Source: an uncultured virus (IMG/VR IMGVR_UViG_3300031787_000018) (taxonomy: Duplodnaviria; Heunggongvirae; Uroviricota; Caudoviricetes). From it: DNA of 64,000 nt. A program made the translations under genes and the position numbers. The DNA is taken from IMG/VR virus record IMGVR_UViG_3300031787_000018, positions 1-64,000 of that record; one strand, 5' to 3'. Of this stretch, positions 54,141 to 63,665 are shown in pieces; the stretch's first letter is position 1, and each line of letters begins with the position of its first letter. The notes beneath the pieces are model-generated. The model was not told where the DNA came from, did no database searches, and saw nothing but the letters and a program-made list of their open reading frames with translations.

Positions 54141-55021
54141 TACAACCCAATACCCCTATAAGATTTTAACTTACCCTTAATAACTTTAGTTATATTTGAC
54201 CTATCTAGATTATTTTCTTTACAAAATTTAGATAGGTCATTTTTTAATATATCTATGACTAATTTTTTACCCATATCATAAAGTTTCACCATTTCAACAT
54301 TTAAAACATCGTATTCTTGACATTTTGTTAAAATTTCATCATCAGTTTGTTGGGTGTCTAAAAAACAATAATAACCATTATGTCTTTTAATATTTTTAGT
54401 ATGACCTCTTAGTGTGTTAACAAAAAAATGTATTTTCAAATTATTTTGTTGACAAAAATCCCCCAAATTTTTAATCCTCAAAATATTATTTTTTCCATCA
54501 ACTAAAATCCAACTTTTTGATTTGTTTTTATTTTGTTCAATTAATCTGGGCCCGTTTTTTTGACTTATCTTATTTTTATGTTCTTCGGTAAATTTTTTAC
54601 CTTTGTTGTATCCTATGAATTTGACTTTAATTTTTTCCTTATAATCATTACTGTTTAAAGTTTTTTGCCATTTTTCAGATTTTTTTAAACCTTCAGAAAT
54701 TCTATTAGATAAATCTTCAGATATTATTCTATTTTTCTGACCACCTCCTAAAACATTATACCCATTAGGTGTTAGTGAGTTATGTTCATTTATCCAATAG
54801 ATTTCCTTTTTATCTAACTCATCAATCGATGAAGCCTCATCAATCACTTCCCATTCAAAATTATCTATACCATATTTTTTTATTGCATTTAAAAATGGTC
54901 TATCATTTTTATCATTTTTCGATTCTTTTAGGTGTCCACTAATTCTTTTATCTAAACCCCTTATGGTCTGACCTATGTAAACTTTCCCATTTATTTTATT
55001 TTTAACCATATAAATTACCAT
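54116..55021 (-). CDS. GIY-YIG homing endonuclease
   Basis: VIYMVKNKINGKVYIGQT...R...H; NUMOD3-like GKKFTEEHKNKIS. Confidence 0.9.
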   Translation of the reverse strand: MVIYMVKNKINGKVYIGQTIRGLDKRISGHLKESKNDKNDRPFLNAIKKYGIDNFEWEVIDEASSIDELDKKEIYWINEHNSLTPNGYNVLGGGQKNRIISEDLSNRISEGLKKSEKWQKTLNSNDYKEKIKVKFIGYNKGKKFTEEHKNKISQKNGPRLIEQNKNKSKSWILVDGKNNILRIKNLGDFCQQNNLKIHFFVNTLRGHTKNIKRHNGYYCFLDTQQTDDEILTKCQEYDVLNVEMVKLYDMGKKLVIDILKNDLSKFCKENNLDRSNITKVIKGKLKSYRGIGLYHQNLHDQ

Positions 55022-55086
55022 AACTACTGACTATTTATTATATAAATATCTATAACTTTTAATGGAGTTGTAAATTTTGGTAAAAT

Positions 55087-55533
55087 ATGAAACATATAAT
55101 CAAAGAAGTTCTCTTACAAGAGGCTAAAAAAAAGAAATCGAATGACCGTTGTACACGTATTGCTAAACGTAAATACGACGTATGGCCATCTGCTTACGCA
55201 TCAGGTGCTGTAGTTAAGTGCCGTCAAGGTAAAATTTGGAAAAATGAAGATTTGGAATATGATTTGGATACTTTGATGGAAAATACTGAGTATGAAGATT
55301 TACTTAGTGAAGAACCTAAGAGAGATTTTTCAAAAGAAAAAGAAAAGGGGTTACACGGATGGTTTGAACGTAGAGGTGGAACAGGTAAGGCTAAAGGATG
55401 GGTAGATTGTAACACTTGTCGTGACGGTAAATGTAAACCGTGCGGTAGACAAGAGGGTGAGAAAAGAAAGAAACCTAGATGTAGGCCAACACCATCACAA
55501 TGTAAGGGGTATAAAAGACCGGATCAAAGATAA
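55087..55533 (+). CDS. hypothetical Cys-rich protein
   Basis: YDVWPSAYASGAVVKCR; GWVDC...CGR...PRCRP. Confidence 0.7.
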   Translation: MKHIIKEVLLQEAKKKKSNDRCTRIAKRKYDVWPSAYASGAVVKCRQGKIWKNEDLEYDLDTLMENTEYEDLLSEEPKRDFSKEKEKGLHGWFERRGGTGKAKGWVDCNTCRDGKCKPCGRQEGEKRKKPRCRPTPSQCKGYKRPDQR

Positions 55534-56259
55534 ATGAAAAATTTAATTCGTAAAATATTAAAAGAAGAATTAAAGACTAAAAAATATAAGTCTTTAAAAC
55601 CTGGCGTTGCTGAACTACATGGTAAAAAGATTGTTGTGGTTTTAGATGAGAACGATAGAATAGTTGCACATGGACCTTACATAACTGACACTACAGATAA
55701 AAGGTATATATGTCATATTGCTGAAGGTTTAATAGAAGAACTATTCGATGAAGGTGAAATACAAATGGAAAGTTTGTTAAAAGAACTAGATACAAAAGAT
55801 TTTACTAATATTCAAAAAATAAACTATTGTGACAACATTAGAGAATCCGAAGAAATAGATTCTGAAAATGTTTTATTAAGTGGTCATAAAGGTCACACAG
55901 GTAAAGTGTTTGTACATAGAAATTTAAATAAACCACCTTATTGGACAATAAAGGCTAGAAGTGGTGAAAACGCTGGGATTGTTATTGGTTATGATAAAAC
56001 AGTTTGTTTAACAAATGTTGTATTCTCAGTTAGTGAAAAATCACGTCAAAGGGTTTTAGTGACAAAACAAAAAAACGTACATGCTGGGGTGGTTGGGTAT
56101 TTAAAAGAAAATTGTTCTACGAACACAAGCGGTTGGATTCCTGTCACATATAATCCTTACAAATATAGTACTTTTATTAGATTAGATAATGGTCAACCTA
56201 TATATGAAGCTAGTGAGGCCATATTAAAAAATGAAAAAGAAATTTGGGTAAAAATTTAA
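55534..56259 (+). CDS. hypothetical protein with IRKILKE motif
   Basis: RQRVLVTKQKNVHAGVVG...VTYNPYKYSTF conserved-looking phage domain. Confidence 0.7.
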   Translation: MKNLIRKILKEELKTKKYKSLKPGVAELHGKKIVVVLDENDRIVAHGPYITDTTDKRYICHIAEGLIEELFDEGEIQMESLLKELDTKDFTNIQKINYCDNIRESEEIDSENVLLSGHKGHTGKVFVHRNLNKPPYWTIKARSGENAGIVIGYDKTVCLTNVVFSVSEKSRQRVLVTKQKNVHAGVVGYLKENCSTNTSGWIPVTYNPYKYSTFIRLDNGQPIYEASEAILKNEKEIWVKI

Positions 56260-56265
56260 TTTATT

Positions 56266-58881
56266 ATGCCTTACGAAATAGATCCTAAAAATAAAAAATG
56301 TGTCAGAAAGGCCGATAGCAAAAAACGTGTCGGTTGTACAAAAGGTTCTGTAAAGAAGTACCTTACAGCATTACGTATGAATGTTAGTGAATCTGAAATG
56401 GGTGATTTTGAATGGGCGGAAGAAACTATAAGTGGTGGAGTGGATTTAAACAACCCTGAAGTTTTATTTACAGTTTTAGAAGATACATTTAAAAACAGTA
56501 ATTTTAAAATAGTAAAAAACGGTGGTATCTATCATATCGAAGACCAATACGGTGATATATATTCCTACATAAGTAAAAATGACTTCAACCTACCTTTTAT
56601 TTATCATGATATTAAAGATAATATAACATTTTTAACTGGTGAAGGTGATAATGATTTATTACCTTATTATAGGAGATTACTTAACTTAATAAGACATTTA
56701 TATAAAAACAACATAAACCAATTATTCAAACCCATCAATGAAACAGAAGATGATTTTAGTTGGTTTGATTTGGATAGTGGGGTAAGATTAGGTGACTTAT
56801 GGCAAAGTGGTACCTTAAAAGTTGGTGATGTTATTTTTATCTCTGGTGATGTTTATGATGGTGAAGGTAAGTTATTAACAACATTTAATAAAGAATTATT
56901 CGAAGTCACTCAAATAATCGTACATGGTGATGACCATAGAATGAAATTTAAATGGGTTGATAACACAAAAGAAAAACCTAATGATTGGAAGGATGTTTTG
57001 AGTTATGAAAATACTATAATAGTAGACGGTTTAATTGATTCTGATTTTAAATGGATAATAGAACCTGTAACAAAATCAATTAATGAATCTGAAGAAGGTG
57101 AATTTGGTTGGGTTGAAGATATCTTAGATAACCCAATTAATATGTTAGTAAAGGGTGGTGTTTATTTAGTTAATCACAGAGATAAGGATGAATGGGGGTT
57201 AAATGTTAAAGTTTTAGATTTTACAAGTGATACTGTGTCTTACATAAGAAGAGTAACTGATAATGGTGATCAAACCTTAAATAATAGTGAAAACATAATA
57301 GGTAGAAGTAGGGTTGATAAGTTAATAACCCGTAATTATTGGCAATTAATACCAACCAAAACCTCTTTATTTAGTGATACTATAAAAGAATCCGAAGATA
57401 ATTTTGGATGGGCTGAAGATATAATTGAAAAACCATTTTTAGATTTTACAGGTAAGGAACTTTTAATAGATGTTAGAGGTTTTACAGAGGAAGAACGTGA
57501 AGAATTGTACCAAGTCTTAAAAGGTTATATAGATTTTGATTATGGTAGAGAACATAGAGGTGATTGGAACCCCAAATGTATTATAGATAATTATAATCTT
57601 AAATCGGTTTGTCTTCATTGTGGTACTGAGGATTTTGATTATGAACCACAAAGAGGTCATATATGTTGTTTATCTAACACATATGACGAACAACCGGCTT
57701 ACACCAAAGCAAATATCATACCAATTGACGGTAAAATTTTATTGGGTAAAAATAATTTAAATGAGGCTGAAAAAATTAGTTCTGATGATTTTGGATGGGC
57801 TGAAGATATAATACACGGTGAAGCTATCGGAATTAACATACAAGGTAAAGACGATTTTATAAGAAACCTAAAACCAGGTTCCGTTTTAAAGATAAGTGGT
57901 GACCAAGACGGATTGTTTTTTTATGATGAAATGGTTGAGGTTGTGTCTAATTTTCCTAGTTCCGATGATAGAGCGACAAATTTAAAATTAATAAAATTTA
58001 GTGGTTTTTTAGCAACTGATGATGCTGATGCTGATATGGAAGGTACACATTGTGGTGGTATTTCAACTAATGATGAAATTAAATCTAAATGTGGGTGTGA
58101 AAATTATGGTGAAGGTATAAATCAAGATATGGGTATTGGTAGATGCTGGTGGGTTGATTTGAAAAACTCAGTAGACGAAATATCTTTCTATCCATCCAAA
58201 AGTAATATAATGGAAAATAAAAATAAAAAACCTTTATTAAAAGAAGGTCGTTATGACCGTATAACAAGTAGTGTTGTAAGGGACATTATGGAATTGGTGA
58301 AAACTAATAAAGAAGGTTATTTTCATTTACCCGATGATGTTAGGGATGAATTATATTATGAACAAGAAGGTTTATCTTTTAGTGTTGAAATAACGATAAA
58401 AAAAACAGAAGATCCTATAACATTTGAAGTTGGTACTATTACGGTTGGTGATGAAGAATATGATGAAGAATACGATGAAAACGTGTTAGAAATGTCAATC
58501 TTATTGGGTACAAATTTTAATAGACAAAATTTTGAAAGTTTATTTTATAAACTACAAGAAGATGTGAGACATGAAATAGAACACTTTACTCAAGAAGGTC
58601 CTGATAGAATAAAAGATAAACCTAAATCTAAAGAAAAAACATCAGAATTACCACCATTCGAACATCATACACATATAACTGAAATACCAGCTTTGGTACA
58701 TGGTTTTTATCGTCGAGCTAAATTGGAAAGAAGACCATTAGATGAAATAATGGTTGAAGATTTAGATGAAGATATATCCAAAGGTAATTTAACCAAAGAA
58801 CAGGCTAGTCAAATACTCACATTATGGATTGATTACGCCAAAAAACATTTACCACATGCTCAATATAGTGGTGAATATTAA
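56266..58881 (+). CDS. large modular protein with five DFxW-type linker repeats and a C-terminal HExxH domain
   Basis: 871 aa; VRHEIEHFTQ. Confidence 0.75.
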   Translation: MPYEIDPKNKKCVRKADSKKRVGCTKGSVKKYLTALRMNVSESEMGDFEWAEETISGGVDLNNPEVLFTVLEDTFKNSNFKIVKNGGIYHIEDQYGDIYSYISKNDFNLPFIYHDIKDNITFLTGEGDNDLLPYYRRLLNLIRHLYKNNINQLFKPINETEDDFSWFDLDSGVRLGDLWQSGTLKVGDVIFISGDVYDGEGKLLTTFNKELFEVTQIIVHGDDHRMKFKWVDNTKEKPNDWKDVLSYENTIIVDGLIDSDFKWIIEPVTKSINESEEGEFGWVEDILDNPINMLVKGGVYLVNHRDKDEWGLNVKVLDFTSDTVSYIRRVTDNGDQTLNNSENIIGRSRVDKLITRNYWQLIPTKTSLFSDTIKESEDNFGWAEDIIEKPFLDFTGKELLIDVRGFTEEEREELYQVLKGYIDFDYGREHRGDWNPKCIIDNYNLKSVCLHCGTEDFDYEPQRGHICCLSNTYDEQPAYTKANIIPIDGKILLGKNNLNEAEKISSDDFGWAEDIIHGEAIGINIQGKDDFIRNLKPGSVLKISGDQDGLFFYDEMVEVVSNFPSSDDRATNLKLIKFSGFLATDDADADMEGTHCGGISTNDEIKSKCGCENYGEGINQDMGIGRCWWVDLKNSVDEISFYPSKSNIMENKNKKPLLKEGRYDRITSSVVRDIMELVKTNKEGYFHLPDDVRDELYYEQEGLSFSVEITIKKTEDPITFEVGTITVGDEEYDEEYDENVLEMSILLGTNFNRQNFESLFYKLQEDVRHEIEHFTQEGPDRIKDKPKSKEKTSELPPFEHHTHITEIPALVHGFYRRAKLERRPLDEIMVEDLDEDISKGNLTKEQASQILTLWIDYAKKHLPHAQYSGEY

Positions 58882-58956
58882 TTTACTGTACCAATTATTT
58901 AACCTATATTTGTAATAATAAAGAATTTAATTAAATAAATTTTAAGTTTACAAAAA

Positions 58957-59211
58957 ATGGGTAAAGCAAAAAAAGAACACAGAAAAAGAGTTGAAGCACG
59001 TAATCGTAGAATTGAACAGGCTAGAAAAAGTTTTAGAGACAAGTTCAGAGAAGAACTTTTAAAAGAAATTGAATTGGAAAAGGCAAGAAGAATTGCTGAA
59101 AACCCTGAACTAATGGCAGAATTAGAAAAGAAAGTTAGGGAAGAAGGGGAAAAAATTGTCGAGACAAACCCGAATGACACTGAAACTATTATAACAAAAT
59201 CTATAGAATAA
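58957..59211 (+). CDS. hypothetical basic protein
   Basis: MGKAKKEHRKRVEARNRRI. Confidence 0.65.
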   Translation: MGKAKKEHRKRVEARNRRIEQARKSFRDKFREELLKEIELEKARRIAENPELMAELEKKVREEGEKIVETNPNDTETIITKSIE

Positions 59212-59215
59212 CCAT

Positions 59216-59839
59216 ATGAACAGTGAAGTTTTAGAATACGAAATTATAAACCGCGAAACCAAGTACAAAGGATTTTCCAAATTAGAAGAAGTTACAGTAA
59301 AACACGGTGATACTGAATTTAAACGTGAAGTTTTTGATAGAGGTAATGCTGCGGCAGCTTTAGTTTATAACACAGAAACTAATAAATTTCTTTTTGTGGA
59401 ACAGTATCGTCCAGGTGCCGACGGAGTAACAGTTGAAATTGTGGCCGGTGGTATTGATGACGGTGAAAAACCACAAGATACGGTTAAAAGAGAAATTGCT
59501 GAAGAGTTGGGGTATAAAGTTGATAAGTTGACCCATATTACAGATTGTTACGTATCACCTGGAGCTAACACAGAAGTTACCGCTATATTCTACGCTGAAG
59601 TAAGTGAAAAAATAGGTGAAGGTGGTGGTATTGATAATGAAAATATTAAAATAGTTGAAGTGGACGAGTTGGGTTTAAACGGGAATTTATTTTTTAGTAT
59701 ACCTGAAGATGGTAATATAGTTCCACCATATAAACTTATTGATGCTAAATCCATAATTGCGGTTAGTTGGTTTATGACTTCTAAATTGATGAAATCCCTT
59801 TGGGAAACTATTTCTGATTATAAAATGAAATCTTTATAA
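59216..59839 (+). CDS. NUDIX hydrolase, ADP-ribose/NDP-sugar pyrophosphatase type
   Basis: VEQYRP, AGGIDDGEKPQDTVKREIAEELG, YVSPG. Confidence 0.9.
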   Translation: MNSEVLEYEIINRETKYKGFSKLEEVTVKHGDTEFKREVFDRGNAAAALVYNTETNKFLFVEQYRPGADGVTVEIVAGGIDDGEKPQDTVKREIAEELGYKVDKLTHITDCYVSPGANTEVTAIFYAEVSEKIGEGGGIDNENIKIVEVDELGLNGNLFFSIPEDGNIVPPYKLIDAKSIIAVSWFMTSKLMKSLWETISDYKMKSL

Positions 59840-60456
59840 TGAAAACAATATTCGTAAACGTAAACACACAAGAAGATTTCTTTGGTGAGGATAGTAAAGT
59901 TAAAGTTCCAAATGTGGAATCAATACGTCCTAAATTAAAAGCTTTAACATCATTCGCTAAAGAAAATAAAATAAAGGTGGTCAATGTTATTAGTTGGTAT
60001 GATCCTAAAAATGAAATGTTTAAACCACCACATGATTTTAATAAAACATTTCCTGAACACTGTGTCGCAAACACAAATGGAACCAACTTTATCAAAGAAA
60101 CTTTACCTGAAGATGATTATTTTTTAATCAAATGGGATGCACCTTATATTGTCTTTCCTGAAATACATAAACATCGTAATTTGATTGTTTTCAAAAACAA
60201 CATCAACCTTATTGAAGGTAACAAATTTGCTGACAGTGTATTAAACAATTTAGGTACCGTATTAATGGATAGACCTTTGTATGTTGTTTACGGTGTTGGT
60301 GCGGGATTGGTCGCCAAAGATTTAACACGTAGAGGTTACAATGTTAAAGTTATAACTGATGCTACCATAGAATTTAATAACATACCTTTAAGTTACGAAG
60401 AGGTAGGTGTTGAACCAATAACTACTGAGTATTTATTTTCTTCTGAATTGGCATAA
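59839..60456 (+). CDS. nicotinamidase/isochorismatase-fold protein with a degenerate catalytic triad
   Basis: VNVNTQEDF, FPEHCVANTNG, VYGVGAGLV. Confidence 0.65.
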   Translation: MKTIFVNVNTQEDFFGEDSKVKVPNVESIRPKLKALTSFAKENKIKVVNVISWYDPKNEMFKPPHDFNKTFPEHCVANTNGTNFIKETLPEDDYFLIKWDAPYIVFPEIHKHRNLIVFKNNINLIEGNKFADSVLNNLGTVLMDRPLYVVYGVGAGLVAKDLTRRGYNVKVITDATIEFNNIPLSYEEVGVEPITTEYLFSSELA

Positions 60457-60477
60457 TATTTAATAAAATAATTTAAA

Positions 60478-61095
60478 ATGGAATATACTGAAGATGAAAT
60501 ATTAGAAGTTGTATCTCGTTGGGAAAATTCGGGATTATTATACGGTTTACCTTTATATGAAAAACAAGAGTTAGCACCAATATACGATAACGTTGCCAGA
60601 CTTGCCATCTCTAAATTAGACAAAGGTTTAATAAGTCGTGAAGTATCAGACTTATTGGATAACGTAATGTTTCCTATATGTAGAAGACTTTATCGTAGGG
60701 TTGGTTCAGACTTTGAAATAGAAAGAATGATAGAAAATCTAATCAAAGAAGTTAATGAAAATAAAGATAAATTAAACAGTTTTGTGGTTGACAAAACTAC
60801 AAATCCTATTGTTGAATTTTGTGTTACATTCGCGGACGGGTATGAAGATGAAACAATAAGTAATAAGCAATTTAGTGATGAAGAATATATAGAAAGAGTT
60901 GATAAAGTATTAGATACACTACGTCACATACTCCTCAACAAAGATATGGTATCATTTGTGGATAGAACAAATTCTGATTGGAAGATTATGTTATCTGACG
61001 CTAAAAAATCTTCCAAACAAGTAAGATATTGGAACCAAAAAATATGTAAAGAATTTCTTAGTCAAATTATGTCAGATACAAACAAAGCTATATAA
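60478..61095 (+). CDS. protein resembling the N-terminal segment of T4-like major capsid protein
   Basis: RWENSGLLYGL...LAPIYDNVA...VMFPICRRLY. Confidence 0.55.
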   Translation: MEYTEDEILEVVSRWENSGLLYGLPLYEKQELAPIYDNVARLAISKLDKGLISREVSDLLDNVMFPICRRLYRRVGSDFEIERMIENLIKEVNENKDKLNSFVVDKTTNPIVEFCVTFADGYEDETISNKQFSDEEYIERVDKVLDTLRHILLNKDMVSFVDRTNSDWKIMLSDAKKSSKQVRYWNQKICKEFLSQIMSDTNKAI

Positions 61096-61151
61096 GTATA
61101 TTAAACCATTTTTTCAAACTAATTAATATTTATTGTTAGTAAATAATTTTA

Positions 61152-61676
61152 ATGAGTAAATACAACAAATCCTATCTTATTAATTATGAGATAAAAGCAA
61201 ATAAAGTTCGTATTATAGGTGACAATATAGAACCAAGAATATGTAACATCAAAGAAGCTATCAGTATAGCGGAATCCATGGAAATGGATTTGGTTGAAAT
61301 AAATTCAAATTCAGAACCACCAATATGTAGAATTGTCAGGTATGACAAATTTTTATATGAGGAAAAACGTAAACAAAGGGATGTAGAAAAAAGAAACCGT
61401 GAAAATCGTATAGAAGTTAAAGAAATACAATTATCACCAAACATTGATATTCATGATGTGGAATTTAAATCAAAACATGCCATCAAATTTTTAAAAGAAA
61501 ATAACAAAGTAAAGTTAGTGGTCAAGTTCGGCGGTCGTGAAATTATGTTTAAAGAGCGGGGTGAAAAACTTTTATTAGAATTTGTTCAAAATTTGGAATC
61601 CTTTGGGGTACCTGAGTATTTACCAAAATTAGAAGGTAAAAGAATGCATTTAATTTTAAAACCTAAAAAACAATAA
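61152..61676 (+). CDS. infC: translation initiation factor IF-3
   Basis: INYEIKANKVRII, DLVEINSNSEPPICRI, KEIQLSPNIDIHD, KVKLVVKFGGRE. Confidence 0.95.
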   Translation: MSKYNKSYLINYEIKANKVRIIGDNIEPRICNIKEAISIAESMEMDLVEINSNSEPPICRIVRYDKFLYEEKRKQRDVEKRNRENRIEVKEIQLSPNIDIHDVEFKSKHAIKFLKENNKVKLVVKFGGREIMFKERGEKLLLEFVQNLESFGVPEYLPKLEGKRMHLILKPKKQ

Positions 61677-61686
61677 AAAAAGGGAC

Positions 61687-61881
61687 TTATGTCCCTTTTT
61701 CTGTATTTTGTATTTTTTTATGTGTTTCCATCAGTTCCCTCATGTCAGCATATATTTGTTCAACAGCTAATTTGAGGTATCCGGTTTTTTCTTCATCATT
61801 AGATTTATCCATTTCAGACTTTAACCCTTTTACCTTATCAACCAAATTTTGTAATTTTATATAATATATTTCCTTATCCAT
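61687..61881 (-). CDS. hypothetical protein
   Basis: 64-aa ORF ending in a bidirectional terminator. Confidence 0.55.
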   Translation of the reverse strand: MDKEIYYIKLQNLVDKVKGLKSEMDKSNDEEKTGYLKLAVEQIYADMRELMETHKKIQNTEKGT

Positions 61882-63344
61882 CTTTGTTCTCTTATTCTAT
61901 CATCCACAAGTTTTGGTGGGGGTAGTATTTTAAGCATTGTATTTTTTTCATTTCTAGCTGTTTTTTTATCGTTACTTAAAAAAACAAACTTATCTGTTAA
62001 TCTTACCACTGTTACATTAGTACCTGGACCCCACTTTCTACCCCTTTCTTTATACACAACAGTATCACCAATAGATAAATTTTTGGTGGATTGATTTATT
62101 TTGGTACCTTCTTCACCCATTATTTTATAAAAATTTAAAACTAATCTATACGCAATTTCTTCTTTTGCCTCACTATTTAAATCCTTAGTTACCCCATCTT
62201 CATCTAGTGATTTAATAATTTCTGATAATTTAACAATTTGATTTTTATCTTTTAAATTATTTAAAAAATAATAACCAAAATCATCTTGACTAAAATAATC
62301 CGACATATCTTCAAAGTTAGAGGTCAAAAGTAAAGAAATATCTAATGTTAAAAAAGGTATATCGTAACCGTTATAGTTATTAAAATAACTATTCATCGGT
62401 AAACCCCTATAATTTATTATTATATCATTTAAAAAAGGAACATCTTGAATGACACCATTTAACATTTTAGGGAAAATATGTATGTAACCACGGTTAGTTG
62501 TAATACCTGCGACATAAGGTTTTAATTTATCAAGAAAGGTATTAATTTTATTTTTTTTATTTTTTACAATATCACCTACATATTTTTTACAAGCCTCGAT
62601 ACCATCTTTAGGTAAGATAGTTATCATAAAAGAAGATTCCATTCTTTGGTCCTCCATCGAATACCATTCCCAATCAATTGGTTTTTCAAAAAAAGGAAAC
62701 TTTATATGGACGGCTATTTTGTAATTTCCAACTTCCTGACCTCTAGTTGGGTGTAATTCTTTTTTATCTAACCAAAATATCAAAGAACCTTCTTTAGAGT
62801 ATCTATTCCAATAATTTGAATTAGATGTTGACACACACCAACTTGAGTGTATTCCGTATTTACATGAAGCCTCATGTGTTAAAGGTGAAATAAGTAACCA
62901 TCTATCATCCTCCCAAATTTTAACCCTATTAGCTGTGGCCGGTTTTAATTCTTCAAAGTACTCACACATTGGTTTTATCCAAAGGTGTGAAACATAAGAG
63001 TTAATATCTTTTGGTGCTTTTTTAATCCTATCAAATTCTTTTTTTTGTTCTTCACTTGGATTTTGGAAGTTTTGTTCACTATATATTGCGGCAACAGTTT
63101 TGTCATTTAAACGATTAGTATTTGTATGAAAACATTTAACCGCATCAATTATTTCATTACCACTTTCCGGTGAAATAATAATATTTTTAACCATCCACTC
63201 AAGGTATTTGTTATTACCTGAGGGGTCGTTTCCAGATAAAGAACGTATGGTTTCTTCATCTACATTATTATATTTTTTAATGACATCCTCTAAACGCCCT
63301 TCATTTATAATCTGCTCTAATATAATGTATTTAATATTTGTCAT
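61857..63344 (-). CDS. hypothetical protein
   Basis: 495 aa; DPSGNNKYLEW, PLTHEASCKYG..SSWCVS. Confidence 0.75.
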   Translation of the reverse strand: MTNIKYIILEQIINEGRLEDVIKKYNNVDEETIRSLSGNDPSGNNKYLEWMVKNIIISPESGNEIIDAVKCFHTNTNRLNDKTVAAIYSEQNFQNPSEEQKKEFDRIKKAPKDINSYVSHLWIKPMCEYFEELKPATANRVKIWEDDRWLLISPLTHEASCKYGIHSSWCVSTSNSNYWNRYSKEGSLIFWLDKKELHPTRGQEVGNYKIAVHIKFPFFEKPIDWEWYSMEDQRMESSFMITILPKDGIEACKKYVGDIVKNKKNKINTFLDKLKPYVAGITTNRGYIHIFPKMLNGVIQDVPFLNDIIINYRGLPMNSYFNNYNGYDIPFLTLDISLLLTSNFEDMSDYFSQDDFGYYFLNNLKDKNQIVKLSEIIKSLDEDGVTKDLNSEAKEEIAYRLVLNFYKIMGEEGTKINQSTKNLSIGDTVVYKERGRKWGPGTNVTVVRLTDKFVFLSNDKKTARNEKNTMLKILPPPKLVDDRIREQRWIRKYII

Positions 63345-63439
63345 GGTATTAATTTAATTATTTATTCTAATAAATAAATATCAATTTATTTGTAATAATA
63401 TCTTGACAGTAATATAAAAAATAAGTAATATTAACTTGT

Positions 63440-63578
63440 AATCGAAACGGTGAGACCGACAACAAAACTCAGACAGTAAGGTTAAGGAAAGATTCGAGTG
63501 AATCATGGAAATAATCGAGGACTGTAATTATAAGAAAGGGTCTCTATTGATTAATAGGAGGTAACCCGAAAGTTACCA
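63440..63578 (+). ncRNA. unidentified structured RNA upstream of the Gly-like tRNAs
   Basis: after TTGACA (63403); hairpins CGG-TGAGA-CCG, GATTC-GAGT-GAATC, CTATT-GATT-AATAG, GGTAAC-CCGAAA-GTTACC. Confidence 0.4.
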
Positions 63579-63583
63579 CATAC

Positions 63584-63656
63584 GCGGAAGTAGTTTAACT
63601 ATTAGAACACAACACATCCTGTGTTGGGGTAACAGTGAAAATCTGATTCTTCTGCT
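63584..63656 (+). tRNA. non-canonical tRNA-Gly(TCC)-like RNA 1
   Basis: GCGGAAG/CTTCTGC-T; CAACA-CATCCTG-TGTTG; no TTC T-loop. Confidence 0.6.
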
Positions 63657-63665
63657 CTAATAAAC

